From NCBI RefSeq assembly GCF_040938485.1, contig NW_027271340.1, forward strand, positions 2,046,001-2,110,000: a stretch of 64,000 bases of DNA. Direction: 5' to 3'. Shown here in pieces: positions 46,268-59,312 of the stretch (position 1 is its first letter; every line of letters starts with the position of its first letter). The DNA comes from Diadema antillarum (taxonomy: Eukaryota). Position numbers and translations under genes: made by a program. Under the pieces are notes generated by a model. That model saw only the letters and a program-made list of their open reading frames with translations, ran no database searches and was not told the DNA's origin.

Positions 46268-49200
46268 TTTTCCTTGTTTATAGCCAAATACATGTACCAC
46301 TTTTGCTGTCAGGTGGATGTGCTGACAAGCACCGTTTTTAAGGATTAAATGCACTTCAATAATCATTAAATCACAGGTGCTTATTTTCATGAATGTAAAA
46401 GCCGAAATGCCCTGTCGGTACAAAGGACCTTTTTCTGCTTATGCGCAAAGTGAAACCTCGATCTGGCGTATTAATTGAACGTGACATGGAATAGCACCTT
46501 CAGTGGACTGCTAAAAAATTTTGATTTAATGTTCTTTGCAATTGCTTACTGCAGGAAAACCTTGGTGTAACAAGCTGTTTATTTCATCACAGCAAGGACA
46601 ACTGAAACAAATTAAAAGAATATACCGTAAAAGGAATGGGACCTCCAAAATTACTTCATTATGTGTCACTACCATCAGGTAGCTCTCTACATCTAATATC
46701 TATTACCTCGTTATAATGAGGTTCTACTGTACATGAGTAGTTCTCAGTACCTGAAGGAAATACATCTAGTCAGGTTGTCAAGAATTTTGTCCATTTGACC
46801 TCGACTCACATTTGACCTTGACGTCATGCCCATCCACATACACTATATTACACAGTACACTACACATAAAGGGTTACTGCATTGCAGCATATCTTTTATT
46901 TTCTTTCCATGCACACAACTTCCCATACGTAATACATTGTATGCAACACTGAACACATCTGTTGGAACATGTACATGTATTGTACGTGGTGGTTAGAGCT
47001 ACAGTGAAGTGGCAGTTGGCCCGATGCATGTAGTATCAGTGCTGTAAACATATTCTTTTTGGAATCCCCTTTTGGGCAATCATGAATTCACCTGAAACTA
47101 CAATGTAGCAGTCATGAATTTAGAGGTTGTTTGTTGCGTTCAACTTTGAAGAAAGACAAAAAAAACATTTCTGAAAGCTATAATGAAGCCCATCTAGAAA
47201 TCAATGCCATGGAATGTCAATAAAAATAAATATCAAATTAATTTGTGTTTCAAGGTGTACCCTTGGTGCTATAAACCATTATTCCTGCACAGGTGCAATT
47301 TTTTTTTTTTTTTTGTTGACATGTGGCCTACACTTCTGTGCCAATCACAGGTGTTTTTACCCAATTGGAAAAGCTCTTTTTTTTTTTTTTTTTTTTTTTT
47401 GGTCATACACTGGTCTATCAATACTGAAATTTAAGTATAGTCTAAGGACTATTGGATACTGTACACTGATATTTGCATATTATGAATAAAGGTTTAAAAT
47501 TCCCCCCTTAACCAAGTAATGTATGTGATTGTGTATTTCATAGGACTTGATTGGGTATGGGCATGTGTACATGTACATACATATATGTATGGCTATTTCC
47601 TGCAAGAGAAAATGAGAGAATCCCAAATGAATGTCGATGATATGTGGCCGTAAGAATACCAGACAGAGCACATTGTTTGTACATGGAGAGAAATATCCAG
47701 TCTTTACACTAACACATGCAGTTAATATTGCAAATTTAAAAAACAAACATAAATCATTTTCTTGACATTATTTTTTTCTTCCAAATTCTAGCACATGGTA
47801 TTTTCAGCCAAAAATGACCTACAGATTGTACATCATGTGTGGCAGTAGAGTGAACATACATGTATGCATGCTTTCACTACAGTACTTTGAAGAAAAAAAT
47901 GTCTTTCCTAAATAACCAATCACTTCTTTAGATGCCTCCAGCTGCCTTACATGCTCATGCACAAAGGTAGGTCACACTGCATTTGAATAGGCTGAGTTGC
48001 AAATCTACACTGTACATGTATATTTTTTTTGTATGACCTACAACTCAAATGTATGTGGCAATGTCTAGCTTTTGATGCACTGTCTCCCTACTGCAAAAAC
48101 AAACAACAAAGCACAATGACAAAAACTCAATCTAGCCCGATATTATGAAAACCTTGAAAAAAAAAACCCAAAAACAATAAAAGCAATACAAAATACACAT
48201 TAGACAAAAGTAAACAAATACAAGTGTACGGTACTATGACTTCCTCCAACATTGTCCTGGCTTCAGGGCCATTTGCAGAAGAACGAAATGATTGTTGTCA
48301 CACACTCTACTCTCTACTGTTCACACATTACTGTATTCGCCATGTATCTAGCGAGTCTAAATTTTCGCAAGTCGGGACTTCGACAATTTCGCGAGTGGTT
48401 AAATTTGCGCTCATGGAGTACAGTACTGAATGGAGAATGTACAGTACCACATACAAATTGTAAGCCCAAGTCACATTAATATCAGGATCAGAGTCAATAT
48501 TTTCCGGTGTCTTTAAATTCACAAATAGCACCTGACTCACCAAATTCGTGAAAATACAAACCTCACAAAATAGTTGGCGTATACAATACTCTTCTTCTGA
48601 TGGGTTGGCCCAAACCCCTTACGATAGACAACTTTCTCAAATCACCCTTCCTTCCCGTTCACATGCCATCTACGTCTTAAATACTGTACTAACATTTCAT
48701 ACCTCATTTGAGTTGGAATATCGAAGACACAAAATGACTCTGGCCTCTTCATTTTTATAGGTGAGCTTTAAAGAGTGCTCTGGTCATTGTAGGTAGAATC
48801 AGCAAATGATGCAAAATGTACAATTATTGTAACTTTTCTAATTGTAGCTGTGCAGAAACCACATGTCTATTTTTTTTTTTCCTTCTGAGACCCAGGTCAT
48901 TACTTTGTGAATGAGACTGACCTCACATACGTAACACTGGTTGCAATTACAAATTGTGTTGGGTTCACAGAGAAGAAGGATATCAATACTGCTAATAGCC
49001 ATGGCTGAGAGTGGTGTATGTCTTAAATATGAAGAGGTATACCTTGTATTAGAAAATATAATTTCAAATCTGGAACACATATGACAGACATACAGGGTAA
49101 AAATACAGTCATCTGTGACCCCTTGTACAGCTGTCATTCTTCTGATCTGAGAAACACTGACATAACCATGTTAGACATTTCACATGATGAGCTCAATCTA

Positions 49201-50041
49201 AGATGTAATGGTTTACACTAACAATAAACAAAATAGCATATCCATGGTAGTCATACTTATAGTACTTGGTACATTGTATGCACTTTCATTATGCCTCTTT
49301 GTCCAGACATATTCCATATTTTTGTTTGCATATTATATATCACCTGTAACCCCACACTCAATTGCAGATTCACCTGTATAGCTGCATCAACTGCATAATC
49401 TTTTGAAACAGTCTGATCTCATTCTACTTGCTGTAATTCATCACCTACTGTACATGTATGTTTTCCCACCCTATTATGTCACATTCTGCACCAAGAATTA
49501 TGTATATAGCATATCTAGACAAATGAGGGATGAGACATTGGTTTTTATGTTTTTTTCCTTCAATAACCCCCCAAAAACAACAACAACAACAAACAAACAA
49601 ACTTTCAAATTATCGGCTCTTTTGCAGTACAGTGATATATACATTGTATATATGACATGTCCAATTTCTGACTGAATTCAGCACCACAATTCTTGATGGA
49701 CACGTTCCTTACAAAAATATTTATGGGGGAAAAAAACCCTCAAATAGTTTGAATGTGAATCATTGGCATATGATATACATGTACCATTTCTCTACTGAAG
49801 ATACCTGTCACGTCTTGCACAAGTTATGCTAGAGTAGAATCACCTTCTAAATAGTCCGCTGTTAAAAACAAGACATCATTATTGTCTCCATCAATAATTC
49901 ACAAGATTCTACATCATTGATGAGTTTCAGGCAAATCTGTCCTGGTATTCCATCATAGACAAGTGCAGTCTTTCACTAATTTAGGCATCGGTTCAAGAGA
50001 CTTCTCTGGTTTCCATGGATCAATCCTTGCATGCCATCCCG

Positions 50042-51550
50042 TCAGTCCTGGGCAGCCGACGATATCTTGCCATCAACAGCCACAATCTTCACTTTGTCAA
50101 CTGTAACAAAGTCGCCATTACGGAACTCTACGTCATTCAGTACGAATGTCCACACGTTGTCACAGAATCTGTATGTGTTGAGGTGACCCTGTCCACAAAG
50201 TTGTACCCAAAACACAGACAAACATAAGATAGAAATCTTCACCACTCTTGCATAATCCATTTCTTTTACATGTCTGACGTGCCTATTTTTGCACTTTTTG
50301 CAACATTTATTGTGGACTCATGTCTGCCTGAGATCTGTGCACCAAAAAAGGTTCAAATTGCTCACATTTGTGAAGTTCCAGTAAAACTCTCTTCTTTTTG
50401 TTGCTTAATTAAAAAAAAAAACATATCTTCACCTTGAGCTATTCCTTTCTTGTACATGTACAGCTTGTAACTGTAATTAGCCAGAAGCAAGGACACTGAA
50501 AAGTCCATTTCAGCAATAGTTTACGGTTAAACCAATACAACAAGCATCTAGTTTGCTTTGGCAAGGAACTCAACAAGGTGTAAGCAACATCATTATGAGG
50601 AAAAATTCATAATTTCTTGCAGGAAATTCATTTTGAAGCAGTTTCAAAATGGTTGCTTCTCAAAACTAATGGAAAATTGTATCACACACTTGTACTACAT
50701 GTATGTAACTGGAAGTACAGTGTTTGCAAGTTTGCAATCTGTCTCATGACCTTTTGAGATTTCTGATTATCATCCCAGTCATGTCAGCAATTACAATGAG
50801 AGATTGCAGTGAATGAATTCCCAGGTTTTGTACACATTTGGACTTGCTTTCGACCATTATCAACTGACTTAAATCCCAGATTTGGGCAAGGTAAAGACAT
50901 TTCTCAGAAAATTTTAGGTTATAATCATTACATTTAAAGGTAAATGGTAATAAAAAATGGACTACACACCCATATTTTTTTTTCTTTTTTGAGTGGATAA
51001 TAATACAGATCTAGGATATTCATCTGTTCGCTATCCATGTCAAAAAATGTGTTCTGGTACAGAAAGTGACAGCATTGTGTATAGTGCGTGTAGTAATACA
51101 TGTCGTAGCTGTATATTTAACTGTTTAAATTGTAAATGGTCCATATACTGTAGTCTTACCTTAAAACTGATCTTATTCTTGAGTCTGTTGGCTAATGCAT
51201 CGTTGATGGCTCTATCAAACTTGAGCAGTACAGTGAGTGCCAACTGTGGTGTAATAAGCCTTGCCTGTAAAATACAGAAACATGTTACAATCAATGCAAG
51301 TACAGAATACAGTCCATGTCCTATTTGAGTAGGTTTTCAAAGTGCAGGTTAATCCATATTGCATGGATTCTTCACACTGAACTTTCCTACTGTAGCTCAG
51401 GATTAGATCTGCTGAATGATCCTGTACAACTTGAAGTCTTGACTTACTGGGCATCATCATAATTCAGCTAAGGTTTGACTTGGAGTTGAAGTTTGACAGA
51501 TGCATGCAGTAGATACTGTCTAAGTAAAATAATGATAATAATAAAATAAC

Positions 51551-51584
<34 letters not shown>

Positions 51585-54403
51585 TATTGTAATACTAGAA
51601 AAGCACTCTGAGAGCGCAGACCTCCGCCAAGCATGCAGCTTATTTCCACCACTGATCTTGTTCTTCCATAGAGATATCATACGTACACACAGCATCGGTG
51701 CTGAAAGTCGCCCGATTTCCCAATATAGATGCCTTTGTTCCGTCATAAACCCTCAGCTGCACGGCGCGCCTCGCCCTAGCAGAAACTAGAGAACGCACTT
51801 TAGTGCGTGCAGGCAAACCTCAAATACGCGCAGCCTGAACTCCCAAGTTCATTGACCCTACCTGCCAAAATATCAAAAATCCTTCATAAATTCCCAAAAA
51901 ATTCTTGGATCATTACCAAAAGTTAATCGTTTGTTACTTGTGTCATTCTCAACCTTTCCTGCAAGTTTCATCCCAATCCGTTAAATACTTTTTGAGTTAT
52001 TTTGCACACGGACAAACAAACGAACGAACGAACAAACCAACGGTAACGAAAACATAACCTCCTCCTCCCTTGGCGGAGGTAATAATAATAATAATGATAA
52101 TAATAAGCAAGAATAGATGATTAAGACTCAAGAGTTAGAGTCTAGATCTATCCTGATTCTTACTAAATCTTAGTCTACTTCGGCATAATCATGATATAGT
52201 CCCCACCGCTGCGTGTCCGTACTAAATTAAATAAAACCCTACCTAACCCTATACCCTAACCCTAAACCCAACGGGTGCACACGCACGTGTGGTGGCGCAG
52301 CGGTGGGGACTATATCACAATTATACCTCTACTTCTAACTGCGACAGCCGCCACACGCTGTGTGGCGGCTGCGCCGTGCTCCCATTCAGATCTTCATGTT
52401 GAACAAACGGGTGCCTTTGCGGCGCTGTATTTCCTTAATTTTTCAACAGAAACTACTAGGAATACTTACATGGGTCGATGAAACCTAAATGACTATCATC
52501 GGTGACTGTTTGAGGCATTTCATTGCTTGTGATGCACAAAATGATGTCTTATAACAGTCCGGGAAACCCGCTCATGAGGACCGCCCCCGCGTACGAGGAT
52601 GGTCCCTCCTCATGAGGACCTCCCCCCGCCTCATGAGGCCCCCCGGGGAACGCCTCATGAGGCCCCCCATTCACTTCTTATTCATCTCACATCTGACGTA
52701 TAAATTGTCGCAACTTTGCACGGTGATTTTTTGTTACACACACATGTCCACTATCCATGATGAAAAGAAGAAAAAATCCTGTCTGTTTTTTTTTTTTTTA
52801 ATCGAGTTTTAATCACCCGATGCAGAGCGCCCATCAAAACACGGGCGCCAGCGCGTTCGCACAATGCAAGACTGCCGCACCTAGCGGCCTGATCCGACTA
52901 AATATTTTCGATGCTTTTTTTCTGCGGCTCTCACCTCTCCGCGCACGAATCAGCCTCGTGAAGCTGAAGTCTGACATCTTTTTACACAAATTCGTAACGA
53001 GAAAAATTAAATCAGTACTAACCTGATCTTGTCCATATATTCCAAATTACTATTCCACACTGATAGAGTAGGTGGGTAGATGACATACTCCAGTTTGTTA
53101 GCAAAATAATCACTTTGTAGGTATGACGAGTTCACTTTCTTCGTCAATTCCGCCCACGATGCCGCCGTTTGGGCGCTTTTTCTGGAATCATCCCGCGACG
53201 CGACGTACGTCGCATCACATCACGCATCCAGCACATACTAAGTACCAGACTGGTATGTGCTGGATGCGTGATGTGATGCGACGTACGTCGCGTCGCGGGA
53301 TGATTCCAGAGAAAGCGCCCAAACGGTAAGAGGGCGGCGGAATCGTGGGCGGAATTGACGAAGAAAGTGAACTCGTCATACCTACAAAGTGATTATTTTG
53401 CTAACAAACTGGAGTATGTCATCTACCCACCTACTCTATCAGTGTGGAATAGTAATTTGGAATATATGGACAAGATCAGGTTAGTACTGATTTAATTTTT
53501 CTCGTTACGAATTTGTGTAAAAAGATGTCAGACTTCAGCTTCACGAGGCTGATTCGTGCGCGGAGAGGTGAGAGCCGCAGAAAAAAGCATCGAAAATATT
53601 TAGTCGGATCAGGCCGCTAGGTGCGGCAGTCTTGCATTGTGCGAACGCGCTGGCGCCCGTGTTTTGATGGGCGCTCTGCATCGGGTGATTAAAACTTGAT
53701 TTAAAAAAAAAAAAACAGACAGGATTTTTTCTTCTTTTCATCATGGATAGTGGACATGTGATGTGTGTGTAACAAAAAATCACCGTGCAAAGTTGCGACA
53801 ATTTATACGTCAGATGTGAGATGAATAAGAAGTGAATGGGGGGCCTCATGAGGCGTTCCCCGGGGGGCCTCATGAGGCGGGGGGAGGTCCTCATGAGGAG
53901 GGACCATCCTCGTACGCGGGGGCGGTCCTCATGAGCGGGTTTCCCGGACTGATAAGCAGCTCACCGATGTTCACAGAATTCACAATCACTTGCACAAGCA
54001 CACAGAATAGGGGGAGCTATTTGTTATTCTCACATAAGCGAAACTGCGGGGAAGCCGCCAGGACCGCGCCATGCGGCGCTGTCTCCGGGGCTACTCTACT
54101 TCCTGCATGCATCCTGGCATGGCATGGCTCCTGTTGATCTGGAGCGTAGCAGGAACAGTCATGCAAACACAATACTAAGTATACGGTGACTACACAAACT
54201 AGCTTAAAGTCGCTCGTAAGTTGTTCGTAACTTTACGAACAGCTTTATGAAACACCCCCCGGGTCTTTAATTGGTGTGCGCTGACAGCTCCAAAATAAGC
54301 ATGCAGGGATGCAGCAAACAACAACTGTTACCTGAATTAATTCGTCAAGGCTCTCTTGCAAACTGTTCCCAAGGACAGTGTTCCTGTACAACTGGTGACT
54401 CAT
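50042..54403 (-). CDS. GTF2A2: Transcription initiation factor IIA gamma subunit. Exons 54403-54332, 51264-51160, 50188-50042 (107 aa)
   Basis: [24 protein letters not shown]|[35 protein letters not shown]|[23 protein letters not shown]...[16 protein letters not shown] phase-0 introns (72+105+147 nt). Confidence 0.96.
51528..51585. repeat. (TAA)n microsatellite
   Basis: Visible AAT run next to the end of a HINE. Confidence 0.9.
51594..52083 (-). mobile_element. HINE/DINE-1-like element in reverse orientation
   Basis: ACTAG end, inverted subTIRs CCTCCGCCAAG / CTTGGCGGAGGT and an (ACGA/ACAA)n microsatellite; inserted in an AAT-rich tract. Confidence 0.7.
52192..52317. mobile_element. Mini inverted-repeat element enclosing degenerate (CCCTAA)n repeats
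   Basis: Perfect 22-bp TIR TGATATAGTCCCCACCGCTGCG and its inverse; core CCCTACCTAACCCTATACCCTAACCCTAAACCC. Confidence 0.8.
52555..53951. mobile_element. Fold-back palindromic DNA element B (1397 bp)
   Basis: 684/699-bp arms with small indels and a 14-nt spacer (53239-53252). Ends CAGTCCGGGAAACCC...GGGTTTCCCGGACTG. 4-bp TSD ATAA on both sides. Repeated CTCATGAG subterminal motifs. Confidence 0.9.
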
Positions 54404-56241
54404 TTTGATGTTTGCACAGCTCAAATATAATCAATTTTCTTGCAGTGTTCACCTTCCTTTTTCATCCAATCTGTTCAGATTGCTTTGAGCTTGAGAGCGA
54501 GCTAGCTACTAACTACTGTATGTATGAGCAATTCGGCGCAAGCGCCAGGAGAGGGCGCCAAATAGAATCTCTGACCAGACCACAAAGCTAGTCTCTTGGG
54601 CAGCCATACTATGAATAAATCCCGTCCAATTGATATATAAGTTAGTCTAATAAGAAACTTTACTGAAAGAGTAAAATATTTAGAGTCCAATGGTAAAATT
54701 TTGATCGAAATCTGGTTAAAAAATAAGGAAGTTACATGACATTTTGAAGTTTCGCTAATTTTTCAGGAAACAGTTCTTGAAAGGTCAATATGCAAAATGA
54801 CAACGTGAGCATGTCATACCGTTATAAGGGTGAAATGCCATGGTATCACATTATTTTCCGGCAATTGACTAGTACTAGTACCATAGTGACTGGTACTAGT
54901 TATACACGCAAACCGTACTTATACTTGTACAATGTTTTCTGTTATAACAGAAAAATGTATGTCGTCTCCCCGTACATAATTCTGTCTGGTTGTACTGCAA
55001 TAGCATAGCGATGACGACTTTAATGATTCACTAATTTGCGGATGACCGTCTGACCTATAGGGCAAAGGGTTTTGGTTGCTAAATTATTGTCGACCCAATA
55101 TATTATTTTCAAGATCTATGTGAGCGCACAAACCACTACGTTAATTCTTTGGAGAGGACTGTGAGCTGAAAGTACGCATTTTATACAGCTGATTTGAATG
55201 TTTAAATTGTGGATGCAACCAATTGTTCCCATTCGGTGGCCAAATGTGAACGTTTGAAATGTGTCAACAATTCCCCCCTTTTTTCAATAGTCTATTCTCA
55301 TGAAACATCACTTTTCTGTTCTTTTGATTTTACTGGTTTTCAGGCAACTTGAATGTAGTGTGAATATTTTATGCACTCTATAAAACGACCCGATGTTCAC
55401 TCATGGTACCTTCATATATCAACGTTGGTGGAAAGTGAAAAGAATGATAATCATATCGATGTTCCAGGCATTTTTACCATCACTGAATACATGTTGTGCA
55501 CTCCCTCCTGCGAAGTTTTGGTATGAGAGTTATAGGCCTTATATGCGTGCTTCTCTATGATGTCTTTATTTCCGGATATTTGATAGGACTAGAATAGGGA
55601 AAGGGTAGAAGGTAACGGAGGGGTGCATTGCATATCATGGAGATAAAAAGGGACATAATATTTGAATGGAGAAGAAGAGGGAGAGAAGAAGGCGGAGAAA
55701 GAAATAAATGCAGAAGAGGCCTGATACCAAGTTCATTTATACGAGAAAAATAATACTCTTGTATACGCGCACAGGCACCTTTTGCGAGAAGAAAGAGCTG
55801 CTTAAATTCAAAATCATAGTAGTCAATGAGTGTCGAAGAAAGGAATTCACTCAATCCCTGAACCAATAATGGTCCTTTTATAGCCACAGATATTATACAT
55901 TTGTATTAAGTTTAATATACGTAATGTGCGTATAAGATTGCGGTGTTTGTGATCTATTGATTGATTTAATTATTGATATTTATTTTATTCATGTGTCAAT
56001 TAAAAGAAGTTATTATTCTCCTTAAAAAAAGCTGAGATGGAGAGAAGTGAAATCTGTTCAATGATGAGACCATTTCAATTTTCGACAAATCATCTGGCGT
56101 CATCAATAATAGGTTAGAGGCAGGCAACTCCTCTCAGTCACGTGACCATGACGTTTCTTGAGATCACAGTCATCAAAGCCCGGCTCACGTACACGATGAA
56201 ATTGACGTCTTTTAAAAGAGCGTACATATCTTCTGAATTAT

Positions 56242-57860
56242 CAGGGGCGTCACCAGCTTTTTTTCAAGGGGGGTGCGTTTTGACAGTAAATGTAACGATA
56301 TTTTTTGTGGACAAACATTTGGAATATACGAAACTCTCAATCCCTATATTATACACTTTTACTATTTTTTGAGGGAAACTTACACTGATGTCATGAACGC
56401 GACCGAGCCCGAGCACGCGGAACGAGCAAGGAGGGAGGTTGTGGGAGGGGTTGTCCCCTCCCCCCCCCCCCATAAATGGATTATGGAATGACGGTGTGAA
56501 ACAACAAATTACTGGCAGCAATATCAGGAGAATGGCATAACAATACATGCGAGCGAGCGGAGCGAGCGAGCTCGAAAATTTTGACATTTTGCAGTCCAGA
56601 AACTGCCGTTTGTAGCCATATTTTTTTTGCTTTGGAAATTAAGGGGGGGGGGGGGGCCCACCGGGCGCAACTGCTGGTAATTACTGGCAGCTGAACATCA
56701 GATGAATGGCATAACAATTAAATGCGAGCGAGCGAAGAGAGCGAGCTCGAAAATTTTGACATTTTACAGTCCAAAAACTGCCATTTGGAGCCTTATTTTT
56801 TCGCTTTGGAAATAAAGGGGGGTAGGGGGCGCACCGGGCGCAACTGCCGGCAATTACTGACAGCAACATCAGGAGAATGGCGTAACAATATATACGAGCG
56901 AGCGCAGCGAGCGAGCTTGAAAATTTTGACATTTTACAGTAAAAAAAAAAAAATGCCATTTGTATACTGTAGCTATATTTTTTCGCTTTGGAATTTAAGG
57001 GGGCGCATCGGGCGCAACTACTGGCAATTACTGGCAGCAATATCAGGAGAACATCGATTACATGCGAGCGAGCGGAGCGAGCGAGCTTGAAATTTTTACA
57101 TTTTACAGGCCAAAAACTGCCGTTCTTAGCCTTAGTTTTTCACTTTGGAAATTAATGGGGGGGGGGGGGCGCACCGGGCGCAACTGCTGGCAATTACTGG
57201 CAGCAACATCAGGTGAATTGCATAGCGATTCAATGCGAGCGAGCGAAGAGAGCGAGCTTGAAAATTTTACAGTTTACAGTCCCAAAACTACCGTTCTTAG
57301 CCATAGTTTTTCGCTTTGGAAATCATAAGGGGGCGTACCGGGCGCAACTGCTGGCAATTACTGGCAGCAACATCAGGTGAATTGCATAACTATTCAATGC
57401 GAGCGAGCGAAGAGAGCGAGCTTGAAAATTTTGACATTTTACAGACCAAAAACTGCCGTTTGAAGCTATATCTTTTTTTGCTTTCGAAATTAAGGGGGGG
57501 GGGCGCACCGGGCGCAACTGCTGACAATCACTAGCAGCAATATCAGGAGAATTCAAATGTGAGCGAGCGGAGCGAGCGAGCTTGAAAATTGTGACATTTT
57601 ACAGTCCAAAAACTGCCGTTTGTATCTATATTTTTTCGCTTTGGAAATTAAGGGGGCGCACCGGGCGCAACTGCCGGCAATTACTGGCAGCAACTTCAGG
57701 AGAATGGCATTACGACTAAATGCGAGCGAGCGGAGCAAGCAAGCTTGAAAATTTTGACATTTTACAGTCCAAAAACTGCCGTTTGAAGCTATACTTTTTC
57801 GCTTTGGAAATTAAGGGGGGGGGGACGCCCGGTGCACCCCTCCCCCTGGATCCGCTACTG
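56242..57860. mobile_element. hAT-like element (CAGGGGCG...GGATCCGCTACTG) carrying 8 tandem units of ~160-175 bp
   Basis: GCGAGCGAGCG anchors at ~56549, 56724, 56895, 57064, 57235, 57399, 57559 and 57722, inside CAG...CTG ends. Confidence 0.7.
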
Positions 57861-59312
57861 GTAGTCAAGGGTGTCGGTTTATGTTCATGACTGGGGGAGG
57901 TATGACCAGCGAGGTGACGTCGAAGTGACCAAGCGGGGGAAGGATGTCCAAAATCTGCACTTCAGAGCATCCCCTAATTGTGCGTGTTTGTTTGTGTGTG
58001 TGTACTATATGCATGGAACAGTTAGGAATTAGCCCAGGTCAAGTCTTTTTATTGGCAATGCAAGACATTTCTATATAGACTAGTATGTAAAGCAACACTG
58101 CAAAATCAATGATCTAGCTTTGATATAACGAAGCGTAAGGTATACAAAGGTGTACATTCTACATCACATTGCGCAACATTGCATCGACTCTTTTTGCCGT
58201 TCGGATGTTCTGAGTACACTGCGCACATCCTGCTTATATGCAGAATGCCAATCAGGAATCACGTTGAATCACAATTATTTGTCAGCTCCGGGCTCTTTGA
58301 ACAATGTTTCACACTATATACCTATTTAATTATGGTTAAAAGAAATCATAGAAAAATATCTTATTTCTTGATCACCCTTTCATTTGAAAGCAGTTTACTA
58401 ACCCTCGAATTACCATTTTGGTAAGTCTTTTTTTTTAACCAGCGGATTTTTTTTTAGGGGGGGCACCCCCCCCCCCCTCCGTGGTTACGCCACTGCTTTT
58501 GGGTGAAATAATTGGACAGATTTCTAACAACAAAGCAAGAAAATCTTATGATTATGTGTGGTGGGGCAAATGATGCGCTTGCCTTCCACTATCTTTATGG
58601 GGGCAACATTTTTGTTTTCTTTCAAAAGCAAGAAAATCTTCTCATTTCGGGAATTATTGATTATGGGGGGGGGGGGGCAAAATTATAATATGCTTGCCCC
58701 TCCAATATTTTTATGGGGTAACTTTTTTTTTCTGTCCCCCCCCAAAAAAAAGGTAAGAAAATCTTCTCGTCTCTGGAATTATGGAGGGGGGAGGGGTGGG
58801 CACAATGATATGCTTGCCCCTCCATCTTTTTTTTTTTAATGAGGCTAAGGCTCGCACTTGGGCTTGCAATATGGATTGGTCAGAAGTAACGTATATAGAC
58901 CCATACTTGTAAGTAGCACATGTACATGCAAACGTGTACGTGCTCCGTACCGTACGGATGTACAGTACGGTCGATAAATAGTAAACATTGTATAGAATAC
59001 TAGTAGATATGTATAAAAGCAGTGCTGCCAGAACCAGGGGAGAGAATTGTTTTTGCCAACGATTTTCTTTTTTTTTTTTTTTGTCCCTGAAGTAAAATAA
59101 AAGTATAAAATAGAAAAGAATGATTATTTAGCGTCCGGCGTTGAGATCGCTCGCAGACTGAACGGTTGGTTTTTTTTTTCTTAAGGATCTGAAGGGGGGT
59201 GCGTTCGCACCCAACGCACCCCCCCTGGTGACGCCCATGATTATACAGAGATGGATGATAAAAAAAAAGATACAAATAGACGGATAAATGGATAAATAAA
59301 TGGCCGTGTTTA

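Noticed and set aside
56520-57800. Regularly spaced repeats superficially like a CRISPR array (also 45400-46230)
   Set aside because: The spacers are homologous to one another, the context is eukaryotic and there are no cas genes; these are tandem repeats.
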